A model generated the notes under the pieces. The model was not told the DNA's origin. It made no database searches and saw only the letters and a program-made list of their open reading frames with translations. DNA of 64,000 nt from an uncultured Acidobacteriota bacterium (GTDB taxonomy: Bacteria > Acidobacteriota > Thermoanaerobaculia > UBA5066 > Gp7-AA6): NCBI GenBank assembly GCA_963784935.1, contig CAWATD010000002.1, positions 330,131 through 394,130 on the forward strand. Direction: 5' to 3'. Positions 1 through 8,145 of the stretch are shown here, one piece after another (the first letter of the stretch is position 1; each line of letters begins with the position of its first letter). Both the position numbers and the translations under genes were made by a program.

Positions 1-110
1 GGCTCTGTAAGTTACGTCCTGCGGACGCGACCCTCTCAAGGCGGCTGCCTTGGAGCGCGCCCTCTCGGGCGCGACACGGGTTCGAACTGGCGCCCGTATG
101 GGCTACCACT
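1..110. repeat. Copy A of a ~115-nt hairpin-rich intergenic repeat (left end may be cut by the window edge)
   Basis: Aligns along its whole length with 1478-1592. Shared blocks are GGCTCTGTAAGTTAC, GGACGCGACCCTCTCAAG, GAGCGCGCCCT(C/T)TCGGGCGCGACACGGGTTCGAACT and GGGCTACCAC. Three consecutive hairpins are preserved. Confidence 0.8.
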
Positions 111-171
111 CACGCCAAAGGCCTTAGCCTCGCGCTCGGCCTCCCCTTGCATTCCGCCAATCCGTGCGTTA

Positions 172-197
172 TATACTGAACCATATGGTTCACTATA
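172..197 (+). promoter_or_regulatory. Near-perfect 13+13 bp palindrome TATACTGAACCAT|ATGGTTCACTATA, putative ArsR-family operator
   Basis: 12 of 13 positions are self-complementary. The dyad centre falls at the ATG at 185 of the ArsR-family gene. ArsR/SmtB repressors classically autoregulate through such inverted repeats. Confidence 0.55.
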
Positions 198-550
198 CGC
201 GGGCCCGCCTCGATGCCTCGTTCGCCGCGCTCTCGGACGCCACCCGACGCGGCGTTCTGGAGCAGCTCGGCCGTTCCGACGCTTCGATCACGGACCTTGC
301 CGAGAGGTTCCACATGACCCTCACGGGCATGAAGAAGCATGTCGGCGTCTTGGAGCAGGCCCGGCTTGTCACCACGGAGAAGGTCGGGCGCGTGCGGACC
401 TGCACGATCGGCCCGCGCCGATTGGAGGAAGAGACGGCCTGGATCGAGAGGCATCGCCAGCTTTGGGACGCACGCTTCGACGAGCTGGACAAAGTTGTCG
501 AGGAATTGAAACGGAAGGAGAAGGTCGATGGACGCAAGAAGAGAGAGTGA
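185..550 (+). CDS. ArsR/SmtB-family winged-helix transcriptional regulator
   Basis: Translation ...LDASFAALSDATRRGVLEQLGRSDASITDLAERFHMTLTGMKKHVGVLEQARLV... is a typical ArsR HTH core. The ORF track starts at GTG 164; the in-frame ATG at 185 gives the usual N-terminal length. Stop TGA at 548-550. Confidence 0.85.
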   Translation: MVHYTRARLDASFAALSDATRRGVLEQLGRSDASITDLAERFHMTLTGMKKHVGVLEQARLVTTEKVGRVRTCTIGPRRLEEETAWIERHRQLWDARFDELDKVVEELKRKEKVDGRKKRE

Positions 551-560
551 GGTTGCCCCC

Positions 561-1043
561 ATGAAGAACCGTACGACGGTGGAGCGGAAGTCCGAGCGTG
601 AGCTCGTCGTCACGCGAACTTTCAACGGCCCGGCGCGCCTCGTGTTCGAGGCGTGGACCAAGGCCGAGCTGTTCAGGCAGTGGTGGGTGCCGAAGTCGAT
701 GGGAATGTCCCTGCTTTCCTGCGAGATGGATGTTCGTGTCGGGGGCAGGTACCGTTTGGAGTTCGCACACGGGGACTCACAGTTGGCGTTCTTCGGCACG
801 TACAAGGAAGTAACACCGCACTCGCGCCTCGTCTGGACCAATGAGGAAAGTGACGAGGGTTCCGTCACGACGGTGACCTTCGCGGAAAAAGGCGGCAAGA
901 CGTTGCTGGTCATGCACGAGCTTTATCCCTCGAAGGAAGCTCTCGACGCCGCCGGCACCGGGGCGGCGGATGCGATGGGAGAGACGTTCGAGCAACTGGA
1001 CGAGCTTCTCGTCACCCTGGGCGCGAGCGTGGGACGGTCATGA
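561..1043 (+). CDS. SRPBCC-superfamily Aha1/AHSA1-like protein
   Basis: MKNRTTVERKSERELVVTRTFNGPARLVFEAWTKAELFRQWW... matches the common ArsR-adjacent Aha1-domain family. ATG 561 lies 10 nt after the arsR stop. Confidence 0.85.
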   Translation: MKNRTTVERKSERELVVTRTFNGPARLVFEAWTKAELFRQWWVPKSMGMSLLSCEMDVRVGGRYRLEFAHGDSQLAFFGTYKEVTPHSRLVWTNEESDEGSVTTVTFAEKGGKTLLVMHELYPSKEALDAAGTGAADAMGETFEQLDELLVTLGASVGRS

Positions 1044-1450
1044 AGTCGTCGATCTTCCGGTCCGCCGCCTGGCTCATTCGTTCTAACTTCGATCCCTCGT
1101 GGCACACCATAAGCGAGTGGGCAATCGGTCCTCATGGCTGAGCTCGCGCGCTGTTTGCCCCGGCCGGCATGGCTCACATGCAGGCCGGGGCTACCGGGCG
1201 CCGCCGTGAAAATTCGACGACGACGTTCTCGATCGGGGCGCCCTCGACGTGGGCCGTCTTGTACTCGCCTCCCTAGTCCCATGACCCTGCTTCGGCAACG
1301 ATCTGCTCCGGTTCTCGGTCCGTCCGGCGCCCCCCGAAGTCACGGGTGGCGCCGGCATCACCATACGCGCACGCGTAGCGAGACTTGGGATCGAGCGGCC
1401 CGAAGCGACGCTAGATCCCGCAGGAACTGTGCCAGCTGGTTCCATGGAAG

Positions 1451-1468
1451 GCCCGTATGGGCTACCAC
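1451..1468. repeat. 3'-end fragment (GCCCGTATGGGCTACCAC) of the 115-nt repeat, abutting copy B
   Basis: Identical to 93-110 of copy A. It is followed by GATCCTTC and then the start of copy B. Confidence 0.6.
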
Positions 1469-1477
1469 GATCCTTCG

Positions 1478-1592
1478 GCTCTGTAAGTTACCCGCCGCGT
1501 CCTCCGGACGCGACCCTCTCAAGACGGTACCTCTGAGCGCGCCCTTTCGGGCGCGACACGGGTTCGAACTCGGGCCAGTGCGGGCTACCACC
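1478..1592. repeat. Copy B of the ~115-nt hairpin-rich repeat
   Basis: Full-length match to 1-110 with a 7-nt insertion that lengthens hairpin 1 (CGCGTCC-TCC-GGACGCG). Hairpin 2 is kept with different sequence. Hairpin 3 is GCGCGCC-CTTTC-GGCGCGC. Confidence 0.8.
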
Positions 1593-1634
1593 TACTTCTC
1601 AAGTCGCACGCCGTGAGGGAATCTCCGGCACGAA

Positions 1635-1880
1635 CTATCTCTCGGAATCTTCCATCGAGCGAAGGACTGGCTCCGCTCTTGATCGGCGGGAGCCGCGAGC
1701 CACGCCCAGAGCGAGCGCCAGAAGGCCTGCCAGCGCCGAGAAGAAAATGACTTCGCCCACGACCGACGAGACAACCCTCGGGCCCCAGACCCGGTAGTAA
1801 TTGAAGCCTGCAAAAAGAATCGCCGCCAGCAGACCACCGGCAAGAACCCAGCTCCAAACGCCGACCATACGCCTCACCAT
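1635..1880 (-). CDS. Possible small two-TM membrane protein
   Basis: MVRRMVGVWSWVLAGGLLAAILFAGFNYYRVWGPRVVSSVVGEVIFFSALAGLLALALGVARGSRR... has two clear hydrophobic helices. There is no convincing SD and no family was recognised. Confidence 0.3.
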   Translation of the reverse strand: MVRRMVGVWSWVLAGGLLAAILFAGFNYYRVWGPRVVSSVVGEVIFFSALAGLLALALGVARGSRRSRAEPVLRSMEDSER

Positions 1881-1960
1881 ACTGAGGCAGCATACGCCGC
1901 CCCGACGGCGAGCCGCCGACGGTCCCGGCGCTAGATGCGGCCTCCCTGAACGCCCCTCGA

Positions 1961-2003
1961 CTGGGTTCGCGGGACCCGTATGGGCTACCGATCCTCTCGG
2001 CTT
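1961..2003. repeat. Degenerate third fragment of the repeat (GGGTTCG..GACCCGTATGGGCTACC-GATCCTCTCGGCT)
   Basis: Reproduces the 3' end plus the unit junction seen at 1451-1483. Confidence 0.5.
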
Positions 2004-2419
2004 CACCTGGCGCCTCTTCAAAGCGATAATGAGCCTGTGAAGCGCTCGTCGCCCAATCGCTTGCCTCCTTCGGCCGCCGCAAGAGCGCGTGTGAGGGCTT
2101 TACGCCGCGGCGAGGCGCCTGTCGTGCGGGATCCGGAGGAGGCTCGAGGCGTCGCCTTCATATCTCCGGCCGAACGCCAGGCCGCGATCGCTCTGGCGGC
2201 AAGGAAAGGCGCGGCCAAAAAGAAGCGCCGGAAGAAGTAGTCCGAGTCCCGAAGAACTACGAGCGCTCCGATCCGAAGACCGGGGCCGCTCCCCTGATCC
2301 GCCCCGGCCACAGCCGGCGCGCGACCCATTTGCGCAGTCCCCGGATCCAGGCAACCCCCTTCCGGGAATTGAGTCTCCGGAAGCCGGGTTCGGACGCCCG
2401 GAGAGCGAAGGAGCGTGCG

Positions 2420-3394
2420 ATGAAGCGACTTGTCCCGGTGACGGCCCTGCTCGCGACCTGCCTTGCGCTCCGCGCGGCTTCGGGTCAACAGGCGCCAACG
2501 ACTCCAACGCCGGCTGCACCCCCCCACCCCGCTCCGCCCGCGATGGACGACCTGCGCGGCATCCGGATGAAGATCTCGGCCGGAGACCTGCCGAGCGCGG
2601 AGTCGATCCTGGAGGTCCACCGCGCCGAGAAGGGCGAGGACTCCGAGTACGTTCGTGGAATCGCATGGCTCGCGCGCGGGGCGGCGCTGACGGGCGACTG
2701 GGCGGCGGCCTCGCGGTATGCGAAGGCGGCACGCGAGATCGCCGTTTCGAAGCTCGGCACGCCCCCCGACTACGAAGGGCACTCGGAGGCAACGTACGCG
2801 CTCGGCACCTCGATCGAAGTCGAGGCGCAGGCCCTGGTCGCCGCGGACAAGAAGACCGAAGCGATCCGATTCCTCGAGGCGAGCTCCCGGAAACTGGAGA
2901 ACGCGCCGTACAACCTGCGGGCCCGAATCTGGAAGCGCCGCAACCAGATCGATCTCGTCGGGCAGAAGGCTCCCGATTTCCGCGTGGAGACCAGCGTCGG
3001 GCTGGAGTTCGCGGGCCTCGGGTCGCTGCGAGGCAAACCCGTCGTGCTGTTCTTCTGGTGGGAGTCCTGCGGCGACTGCAAGGCGCAGGCGGCGGCTTTT
3101 CGCCGCGCCGTCGAGAAGTTCGCCCCGAAGGGCGTCGCGTTCGTCGCGCCAACGCGCTTCTACGACGAGAACCGCGCCGAGGAAAAGGTAAAGATCGAGA
3201 AGTCCTGGAGCGAGATCTACGGCCTCACGGGCTCCGTCGCCGTTGCGATCAGCGACGAAGCCATGCTGCGATACGGCGTGTCCGCAACCCCCACCTTCGC
3301 CTTCATCAACCGCGACGGGGTCGTCACCGGATACCTGCCTTACCGGATGACCGAAGAGCGCTTGTCGGCGGCGATCGAGGAGCTGTTGCGGTAG
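2420..3394 (+). CDS. Exported TlpA/ResA-like thiol:disulfide oxidoreductase with N-terminal helical domain
   Basis: Signal peptide MKRLVPVTALLATCLALRAASG. Thioredoxin-fold C-terminus with FFWWESCGDCKAQ (CxxC) and SATPTFAFI. AAGGAG lies 6 nt upstream of ATG 2420. Confidence 0.8.
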   Translation: MKRLVPVTALLATCLALRAASGQQAPTTPTPAAPPHPAPPAMDDLRGIRMKISAGDLPSAESILEVHRAEKGEDSEYVRGIAWLARGAALTGDWAAASRYAKAAREIAVSKLGTPPDYEGHSEATYALGTSIEVEAQALVAADKKTEAIRFLEASSRKLENAPYNLRARIWKRRNQIDLVGQKAPDFRVETSVGLEFAGLGSLRGKPVVLFFWWESCGDCKAQAAAFRRAVEKFAPKGVAFVAPTRFYDENRAEEKVKIEKSWSEIYGLTGSVAVAISDEAMLRYGVSATPTFAFINRDGVVTGYLPYRMTEERLSAAIEELLR

Positions 3395-3667
3395 CTGGCG
3401 CCTGCGCGGGCGCGAGGCCGCCATCGGAACCCCTCATGTCGACGCTCAGACCTCGTTCCGGGGGGTGGCGCCAATCTGCGGCGAGAATAGGCATTAACTA
3501 CTTGATTATAAAAATCTTAACCCATGTAACCGTCGCGAGGCGGCAAGGCCGGGAGAGGCCAGACCGCGGCAAGAAAAAGAACAGCTTTCACGCGGAATTT
3601 GAATAGAATGCGCCGTTGCGCCCCCGACCGGGCTTCATTTTCTTAGTTAGAGGTTGAAGGAGGAGAA

Positions 3668-4477
3668 ATGGCTACCAGATCCCGCTTCGTATCGGTGCTC
3701 TTCGCCGCGTTCGTGATGCTCGCGTTTGCCGGCATCGCGTCCGCACAGTACTCCGTCGTCACCGTCCTTCCGGACGGCACAGTCGTGCTGAAGGGGCCCA
3801 CCGGCGTCCGCTCGTACCAGGTTCCCGCAGGCACCACGTTCAACGCCAACGGCAAGCCCGGCACGACCGTTGCCGAGCTGAAGCCCGGCATGAACGTGAC
3901 CGGCCTCGAGTCGGGCATCGCGAACTGGAAGCCGACCGACGTCATGGTCCACGAGGAGCTGAACGCCGAGGTCGTGGCCAAGGCGGGCAACTCGATGATG
4001 ATCAAGGGTTCCAAGGGCGTCGAAAAGTACACGTGGGCCGCGGCCAGCGACATCACGATCGTCAAGGACGGCAAGGTGGTCGACGCGTCCGCCATCAACG
4101 TTGGCGACCGGATCACGGGCATGATCGTCCAGAAGAAGGCCCCCGGCCAGGCCATGGCGGCGGCCCCGGCCATGGCGGCGGACACGTCGGCTGCAGATGC
4201 GGCGGCGGCCAGGAAGGCGGCGGCCGACAAGGCGGCGGCCGATGCGGCAGCGGCCAGGAAGGCGGCGGCCGACAAGGCGGCGGCCGACAAGGCGGCGGCG
4301 GATGCAGCGGCCAAGCAGGCGGCTGCCGATGCGGCAGCCCAGAAGGCAGCCCAGCCGGCGCACAAGAAGCTCCCGAAGACGGCCAGCGAGCTTCCGCTCG
4401 TCGGTTTCGCGGGCATCCTGACGCTGGCCGCTGGCGTCGGACTCACCGCGACTCGCAAGTCCCGCTCGGCGAAATAG
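3668..4477 (+). CDS. Exported protein: beta-rich N-domain, AAADK-type repeats and an LPKTA + TM + RKSR C-terminal sorting-like signal
   Basis: Strong RBS GAAGGAGGAG. Signal peptide [26 protein letters not shown]. The C-terminus is [35 protein letters not shown]. Confidence 0.75.
   Translation: MATRSRFVSVLFAAFVMLAFAGIASAQYSVVTVLPDGTVVLKGPTGVRSYQVPAGTTFNANGKPGTTVAELKPGMNVTGLESGIANWKPTDVMVHEELNAEVVAKAGNSMMIKGSKGVEKYTWAAASDITIVKDGKVVDASAINVGDRITGMIVQKKAPGQAMAAAPAMAADTSAADAAAARKAAADKAAADAAAARKAAADKAAADKAAADAAAKQAAADAAAQKAAQPAHKKLPKTASELPLVGFAGILTLAAGVGLTATRKSRSAK
4192..4350 (+). repeat. In-frame 15-nt-period tandem repeats encoding (A)AAD/RKAAAD
   Basis: GCGGCGGCCGACAAG / GCGGCGGCCGATGCG / GCGGCCAGGAAG units recur head to tail inside the CDS. 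Confidence 0.7.
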
Positions 4478-4500
4478 CTTACGGTTTCGGCAGTTCTCAA

Positions 4501-4532
4501 CGCGCCCGCCGCAAGGCGGGCGTAACTTTTTT
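4501..4532 (+). terminator. Rho-independent terminator
   Basis: CGCCCGCC-GCAA-GGCGGGCG hairpin followed by TAACTTTTTT, 24 nt after the stop. Confidence 0.7.
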
Positions 4533-4550
4533 CACAAAGGAGCCAACTCG

Positions 4551-4883
4551 ATGAAAAGGACCTGGATTTCTCTGCTCGCTCTCGTTCTATCGGTCGGCCT
4601 CTCGGCCGCCTGCAAGAAGGCCGAGGTCAGCGACGCCGGCCAGGCAGCCAAGGAGGCCGGTGAGAAGGCGGTCGAGGCCGTCAAGGACGCCGGAGCAGCC
4701 ACGGCCGACGCCGCCAAGGATGCCGGCAAGGCCGTGGGCGACGCCGCGAAGGACGCCGGTGCTGCGACCGCCGACGCCGGTAAGGCCGTGGGCGACGCCG
4801 CGAAGGACGCGGGCACTGCGACCGCCGACGCCGCGAAGAAGGCGGCCGAGGACGTCAAGAAGGCAATCACCCCGAAGCAGTGA
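4551..4883 (+). CDS. Small lipoprotein with DAAKDAG-type repeats
   Basis: RBS AAAGGAG. Lipobox LSAAC in MKRTWISLLALVLSVGLSAAC. The unit KAVGDAAKDAG(A/T)ATADA is repeated. Confidence 0.7.
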   Translation: MKRTWISLLALVLSVGLSAACKKAEVSDAGQAAKEAGEKAVEAVKDAGAATADAAKDAGKAVGDAAKDAGAATADAGKAVGDAAKDAGTATADAAKKAAEDVKKAITPKQ

Positions 4884-4908
4884 CGATCGTCTCCTTTCTT
4901 TTCTGATT

Positions 4909-4942
4909 GCCGCCGGGTGAAAGCCCGGCGGCCTTTTTTTTG
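4909..4942 (+). terminator. Rho-independent terminator
   Basis: GCCGCCGGG-TGAAA-CCCGGCGGC hairpin followed by a run of T. Confidence 0.8.
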
Positions 4943-4991
4943 CCTGCAGGGAACACGGGCGGGCGTCCGGCACGGGTTAGTCTTGCCTTCC

Positions 4992-6407
4992 ATGCCGCGC
5001 ACCAAGATCGTCTGCACCATCGGCCCCGCCTCCCGCTCGCCCGAGATGCTCGAGCGCCTCGTCGCCGCGGGCATGGACGTCGCTCGGCTGAACTTCTCCC
5101 ACGGAACGCACGCCGGGCACGCGGCCGTGATCGCAGCCCTGCGCGGGATCGCGCAGAGGAAGGGCCGGCCGATCGCGATCCTCCAGGACCTCTCGGGCAT
5201 CAAGATCCGCATCGGGGAAATTGCCGCCGCGTCCGTCCGGCTCGAGCCCGGCGCCGCATTCACCCTGACGAGCCGGGCCGTGCCGGGCGACGCATCCGAG
5301 GTCTCGACGAGCTTTGCGGACCTGCCCGGCAGTGTCCGATCCGGAGACCGCCTGCTGCTGGCCGACGGCGAGCTCGAGCTCTGCGCCGAGAGCGTCACGC
5401 CAACCGACATCCACTGCCGGGTCGTCGCCGGGGGCATGCTCTCGTCGCACAAGGGGATCAGCCTGCCGTCGCGCTCGATCGCGGCGCCGGGCCTCACGGT
5501 CAAGGACCGGGACGACCTCGCCTTCGGCATCGAACAGGGCGTGGATTACCTCGCCCTGTCCTTCGTGCGCTCGGCCGACGACATCCTGCAGGCCCGGGCA
5601 TTCATGGCCGCGCGCGGGGCGCGAATTCCCATCATCGCGAAGATCGAAAAGCACGAGGCCATTTCCGCGATCGACGCAATCCTCGCGGAGGCCGACGGCA
5701 TCATGGTCGCGCGCGGCGACCTCGGCGTCGAGACGCCCCTCGAGCACGTTCCGCTGCTCCAGAAGATGCTGATCGAGAAGTCGAACCGCGCGGGCAAGCC
5801 CGTGATCACGGCCACGCAGATGCTGCTGTCCATGGTCGAGAGCGCGCGGCCGACGCGCGCCGAGGTCGGCGACGTCGCCAACGCGATCCTGGACGGCACG
5901 GATGCCGTCATGCTGTCGGAGGAGACGGCGTCGGGCCGCTTTCCCGAGGCGGCCGTGGCGACGATGAAGCGGATCGCGGAGGACACGGAAGCCGCCTTTC
6001 CGTTCGAGCAGTGGATGCGGCGCTTCGAGGACCGGGCCCTCCAGAGCCTGCCCGAGGCCGTCGCGGGCGCCGCCTGCGAGCTCGCCGAGCACATCGGCGC
6101 CGCGCTCATCGTCGCGTGGACCGAGTCGGGCGCGACCGCGCGCCTCGTGGCCAAGCACCGGCCGCGCAGCCCCGTCCTGGCGCTCTCTTCGCTGCCGGCG
6201 ACGGCACGGCGCCTGGCGCTCGTCTGGGGCGTCATCCCGATCGTGGCGAAGGAAGGCGAGAACACCGACGCGATGCTCGCAGCGGCCCCCGCCCTCGCCG
6301 CGGGAGCCGGGCTCCTGCGGCCGGGCGAGAAGGTCGTGATCACCGCCGGGATCCCGAAAGGCATGGCCGGCAGCACGAACCTCATCAAGGCCGCGGTCGC
6401 GCCGTGA
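4992..6407 (+). CDS. pyk: Pyruvate kinase
   Basis: MPRTKIVCTIGPASRSPEMLERLVAAGMDVARLNFSHG...IAKIEKHEA...MVARGDLGVE is the canonical PK sequence. The ORF-track start at 4917 was trimmed to ATG 4992. Confidence 0.95.
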   Translation: MPRTKIVCTIGPASRSPEMLERLVAAGMDVARLNFSHGTHAGHAAVIAALRGIAQRKGRPIAILQDLSGIKIRIGEIAAASVRLEPGAAFTLTSRAVPGDASEVSTSFADLPGSVRSGDRLLLADGELELCAESVTPTDIHCRVVAGGMLSSHKGISLPSRSIAAPGLTVKDRDDLAFGIEQGVDYLALSFVRSADDILQARAFMAARGARIPIIAKIEKHEAISAIDAILAEADGIMVARGDLGVETPLEHVPLLQKMLIEKSNRAGKPVITATQMLLSMVESARPTRAEVGDVANAILDGTDAVMLSEETASGRFPEAAVATMKRIAEDTEAAFPFEQWMRRFEDRALQSLPEAVAGAACELAEHIGAALIVAWTESGATARLVAKHRPRSPVLALSSLPATARRLALVWGVIPIVAKEGENTDAMLAAAPALAAGAGLLRPGEKVVITAGIPKGMAGSTNLIKAAVAP

Positions 6408-6715
6408 CGAAAACGACCCGGGCGCCGGCGCGCCGCAGCAGGACGCGCAATCTCATTCTCGCCATCTTCTTTTTCATCCTCGGCGTGATCGGGCTCCTCA
6501 TCCCCGTGGTGCCGCAGGTTCCTTTCTTCGTGATGAGCGTCCTCTTCTTCTCTCTCGTCTTTCCGAGGGTGCGTCGCACCCTGCGCCGCTGGCGGCACAG
6601 GTACCCGAAGCTGGACGCCTCCTACAAGAAGTGGCGAGCCAAAGCCCGCCACAAGCGCCAGTCAGCGATCCGCCGCCGGCGCGAGACCTCGCACCACCCA
6701 GGTTCCGGCGCTTAA
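6404..6715 (+). CDS. YbaN/DUF454-like small inner-membrane protein
   Basis: GTG 6404 overlaps the pyk stop (GTGA). NLILAIFFFILGVIGLLIPVVPQVPFFVMSVLFFSLVF resembles the YbaN family. It is visible only as the tail of the spurious 4907..6715 ORF. Confidence 0.6.
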   Translation: MTKTTRAPARRSRTRNLILAIFFFILGVIGLLIPVVPQVPFFVMSVLFFSLVFPRVRRTLRRWRHRYPKLDASYKKWRAKARHKRQSAIRRRRETSHHPGSGA

Positions 6716-6902
6716 AGGGAACTCTCGCCGCGCCCGGGATGACCAGTGGGGCGGTACCACGACACGGCACGGCAACTCTTTGCACGCGGCGCGAATAGTC
6801 TCCCGACCGAAGGAAGGGAGGAGGTTCGCGCCGCGGGAGCCGCAGCGCGCGCGAGGGATCAGGCGTCCGGTCGAGCCCGCATCCGGGCGAGCCGGACGCC
6901 GG

Positions 6903-6921
6903 TGCGCCCCGAAGGGGCGCA
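6903..6921 (-). terminator. GC hairpin downstream of ftsZ (candidate terminator, no U tract)
   Basis: On the minus strand TGCGCCCC-TTCG-GGGGCGCA lies 30 nt after the ftsZ stop. A second hairpin follows at about 6861-6897. Confidence 0.4.
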
Positions 6922-6949
6922 GATCCCCTCGCGAAGCGGAGGCGACGTT

Positions 6950-8110
6950 TTAGTCCATCTGGCGGCGTAAGACCGTCGGAATGTCGAAATCGTCCCGCGA
7001 GGAGACGTTGGGGCCGAAGCCGCCGGAATCGTCGCCGCGCAAGAAGGGCGGGCGCAACGTCTTGCTGGCGACGGTCATGGGCTTGGGCTCCTCCTCGATC
7101 TCCGCGAGGTCGCGCTCGAGGCGGTCGAAGCCGGTGGCGATGACGGTGACCTTGACGTTGCCGGCCATGCGCTCGTCGTGCACGCAGCCGAACAGGATCT
7201 CGGCCTCGGGGTCGGCCGCCTGCTGGATGATCTGGGCGGCCTCTGTGACCTCGAAGAGCGTCAGGTCCGCGCCGCCGGTGATGTTGATCAGGATGCCCCG
7301 CGCGCCCTCGATCGAGGCGTCCTCGAGCAGGGGCGACGAGATCGCCGCCTGTGCCGCGTGGATCGCGCGGTTCTCACCGTCCGCGATCGCGGTGCCCATC
7401 AGCGCCCGGCCCATGTCGGACATGATCTTGCGCACGTCCGCGAAGTCGAGATTGATCTCGCCCGGGCAGTTGATGAGGTCGGAAATGCCCTGGATCGCCT
7501 GGCGCAGCACGTCGTCGGCGATCTTGAAGGAGTCCTGGAGGGGCGTGTTCCTCTCGACGAACGCAAGCAGGCGCTGGTTCGGGATCGTGATCAGCGTGTC
7601 CACGTGGTCGCGCAGCTCACGGGAGGCGCGCTCGGCCTGGCGCATGCGCTTCTTGCCCTCGAACTCGAACGGCTTGGTGACGACGGCCACCGCGAGCGCC
7701 CCGGCCTCGGCCGCGAGCTTGGCGAGGATCGGGCCCGCCCCCGAGCCCGTGCCGCCGCCCAGCCCCATCGCGAGAAAGACCATGTCCGCGCCCTTGACCG
7801 CCTGGGCGAGCTTTTCCTGGTCCTCGAGGGCCGCGTTCCGGCCGACGTCGGGGTCCGCTCCCGCGCCGAGGCCCTTGGTCAGGCGCGACCCGATCTGCAG
7901 TTTGTTCGGCGCCGCGCACTTGCGCAGGGCCTGCAGGTCGGTGTTGCAGGCGAAGTACTCGACGCCCTTCACGCCCGCGGCGATCATCCGGTTGACGGCG
8001 TTCGAGCCGCCGCCGCCCACGCCGATCACGCGGATCGTGGCCGGAGAGGCGTCGCCCCCATCCAGTTCGATCGAGAGCTTCGGGTTCTCGTCGTCCATGA
8101 ACTCGATCAT
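6950..8110 (-). CDS. ftsZ: Cell division GTPase FtsZ
   Basis: [17 protein letters not shown]...[12 protein letters not shown] tubulin signature. Start ATG 8110 (MIEFMDD) is preceded by GGAGGG. The 729-aa ORF-track extension was rejected. Confidence 0.97.
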   Translation of the reverse strand: MIEFMDDENPKLSIELDGGDASPATIRVIGVGGGGSNAVNRMIAAGVKGVEYFACNTDLQALRKCAAPNKLQIGSRLTKGLGAGADPDVGRNAALEDQEKLAQAVKGADMVFLAMGLGGGTGSGAGPILAKLAAEAGALAVAVVTKPFEFEGKKRMRQAERASRELRDHVDTLITIPNQRLLAFVERNTPLQDSFKIADDVLRQAIQGISDLINCPGEINLDFADVRKIMSDMGRALMGTAIADGENRAIHAAQAAISSPLLEDASIEGARGILINITGGADLTLFEVTEAAQIIQQAADPEAEILFGCVHDERMAGNVKVTVIATGFDRLERDLAEIEEEPKPMTVASKTLRPPFLRGDDSGGFGPNVSSRDDFDIPTVLRRQMD

Positions 8111-8145
8111 GGGTCCTTCCCTCCGTCGCCGCTTTTTCGTCGTCA

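Noticed and set aside
60-110. tRNA or tmRNA-like call for the repeat, because of GGGTTCGAAC (T-loop-like) and a ...CCAC end.
   Set aside because: No acceptor stem, D-arm or anticodon arm can be drawn on either strand. The T-like stem is not maintained between copies.
1520-1560. Hammerhead-type self-cleaving ribozyme (CUGAG followed by a GC stem).
   Set aside because: CUGAnGA and GAAA core elements are absent, and the CUGA is not conserved in copy A.
1-1592. Integron cassette with attC sites (direct repeats flanking a small gene cassette).
   Set aside because: No GTTRRRY/RYYYAAC core pair, no overall R''-L''/L'-R' dyad symmetry, and no intI in the window.
1980-2240. 86-aa plus-strand ORF ending in ...AARKGAAKKKRRKK.
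   Set aside because: It overlaps a repeat fragment, has no SD, and the N-terminal two thirds are low-complexity. The basic tail alone is not sufficient evidence.
2018-3424. 468-aa minus-strand ORF, and similar long antisense ORFs: 4977..6158, 10274..11920, 25265..27253, 30406..34101, 37874..39433, 43219..44760, 55502..57238, 58861..60009, 60123..61289 and 61667..63973.
   Set aside because: All lie antisense to, or out of frame with, genes that have clear family signatures. Their translations are Arg/Pro/Gly/Ala-rich low-complexity strings, typical of open frames arising by chance in GC-rich DNA.
3480-3535. Promoter in the AT-rich patch upstream of 3668 (TTGATT ... TATAAA).
   Set aside because: No -35/-10 pair with acceptable 16-19 nt spacing could be drawn, so it is left unannotated.
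4192-4836. CRISPR-like or minisatellite periodic repeats.
   Set aside because: The repeats are in frame, contiguous without spacers, and encode Ala-rich protein repeats inside two well-supported CDSs.
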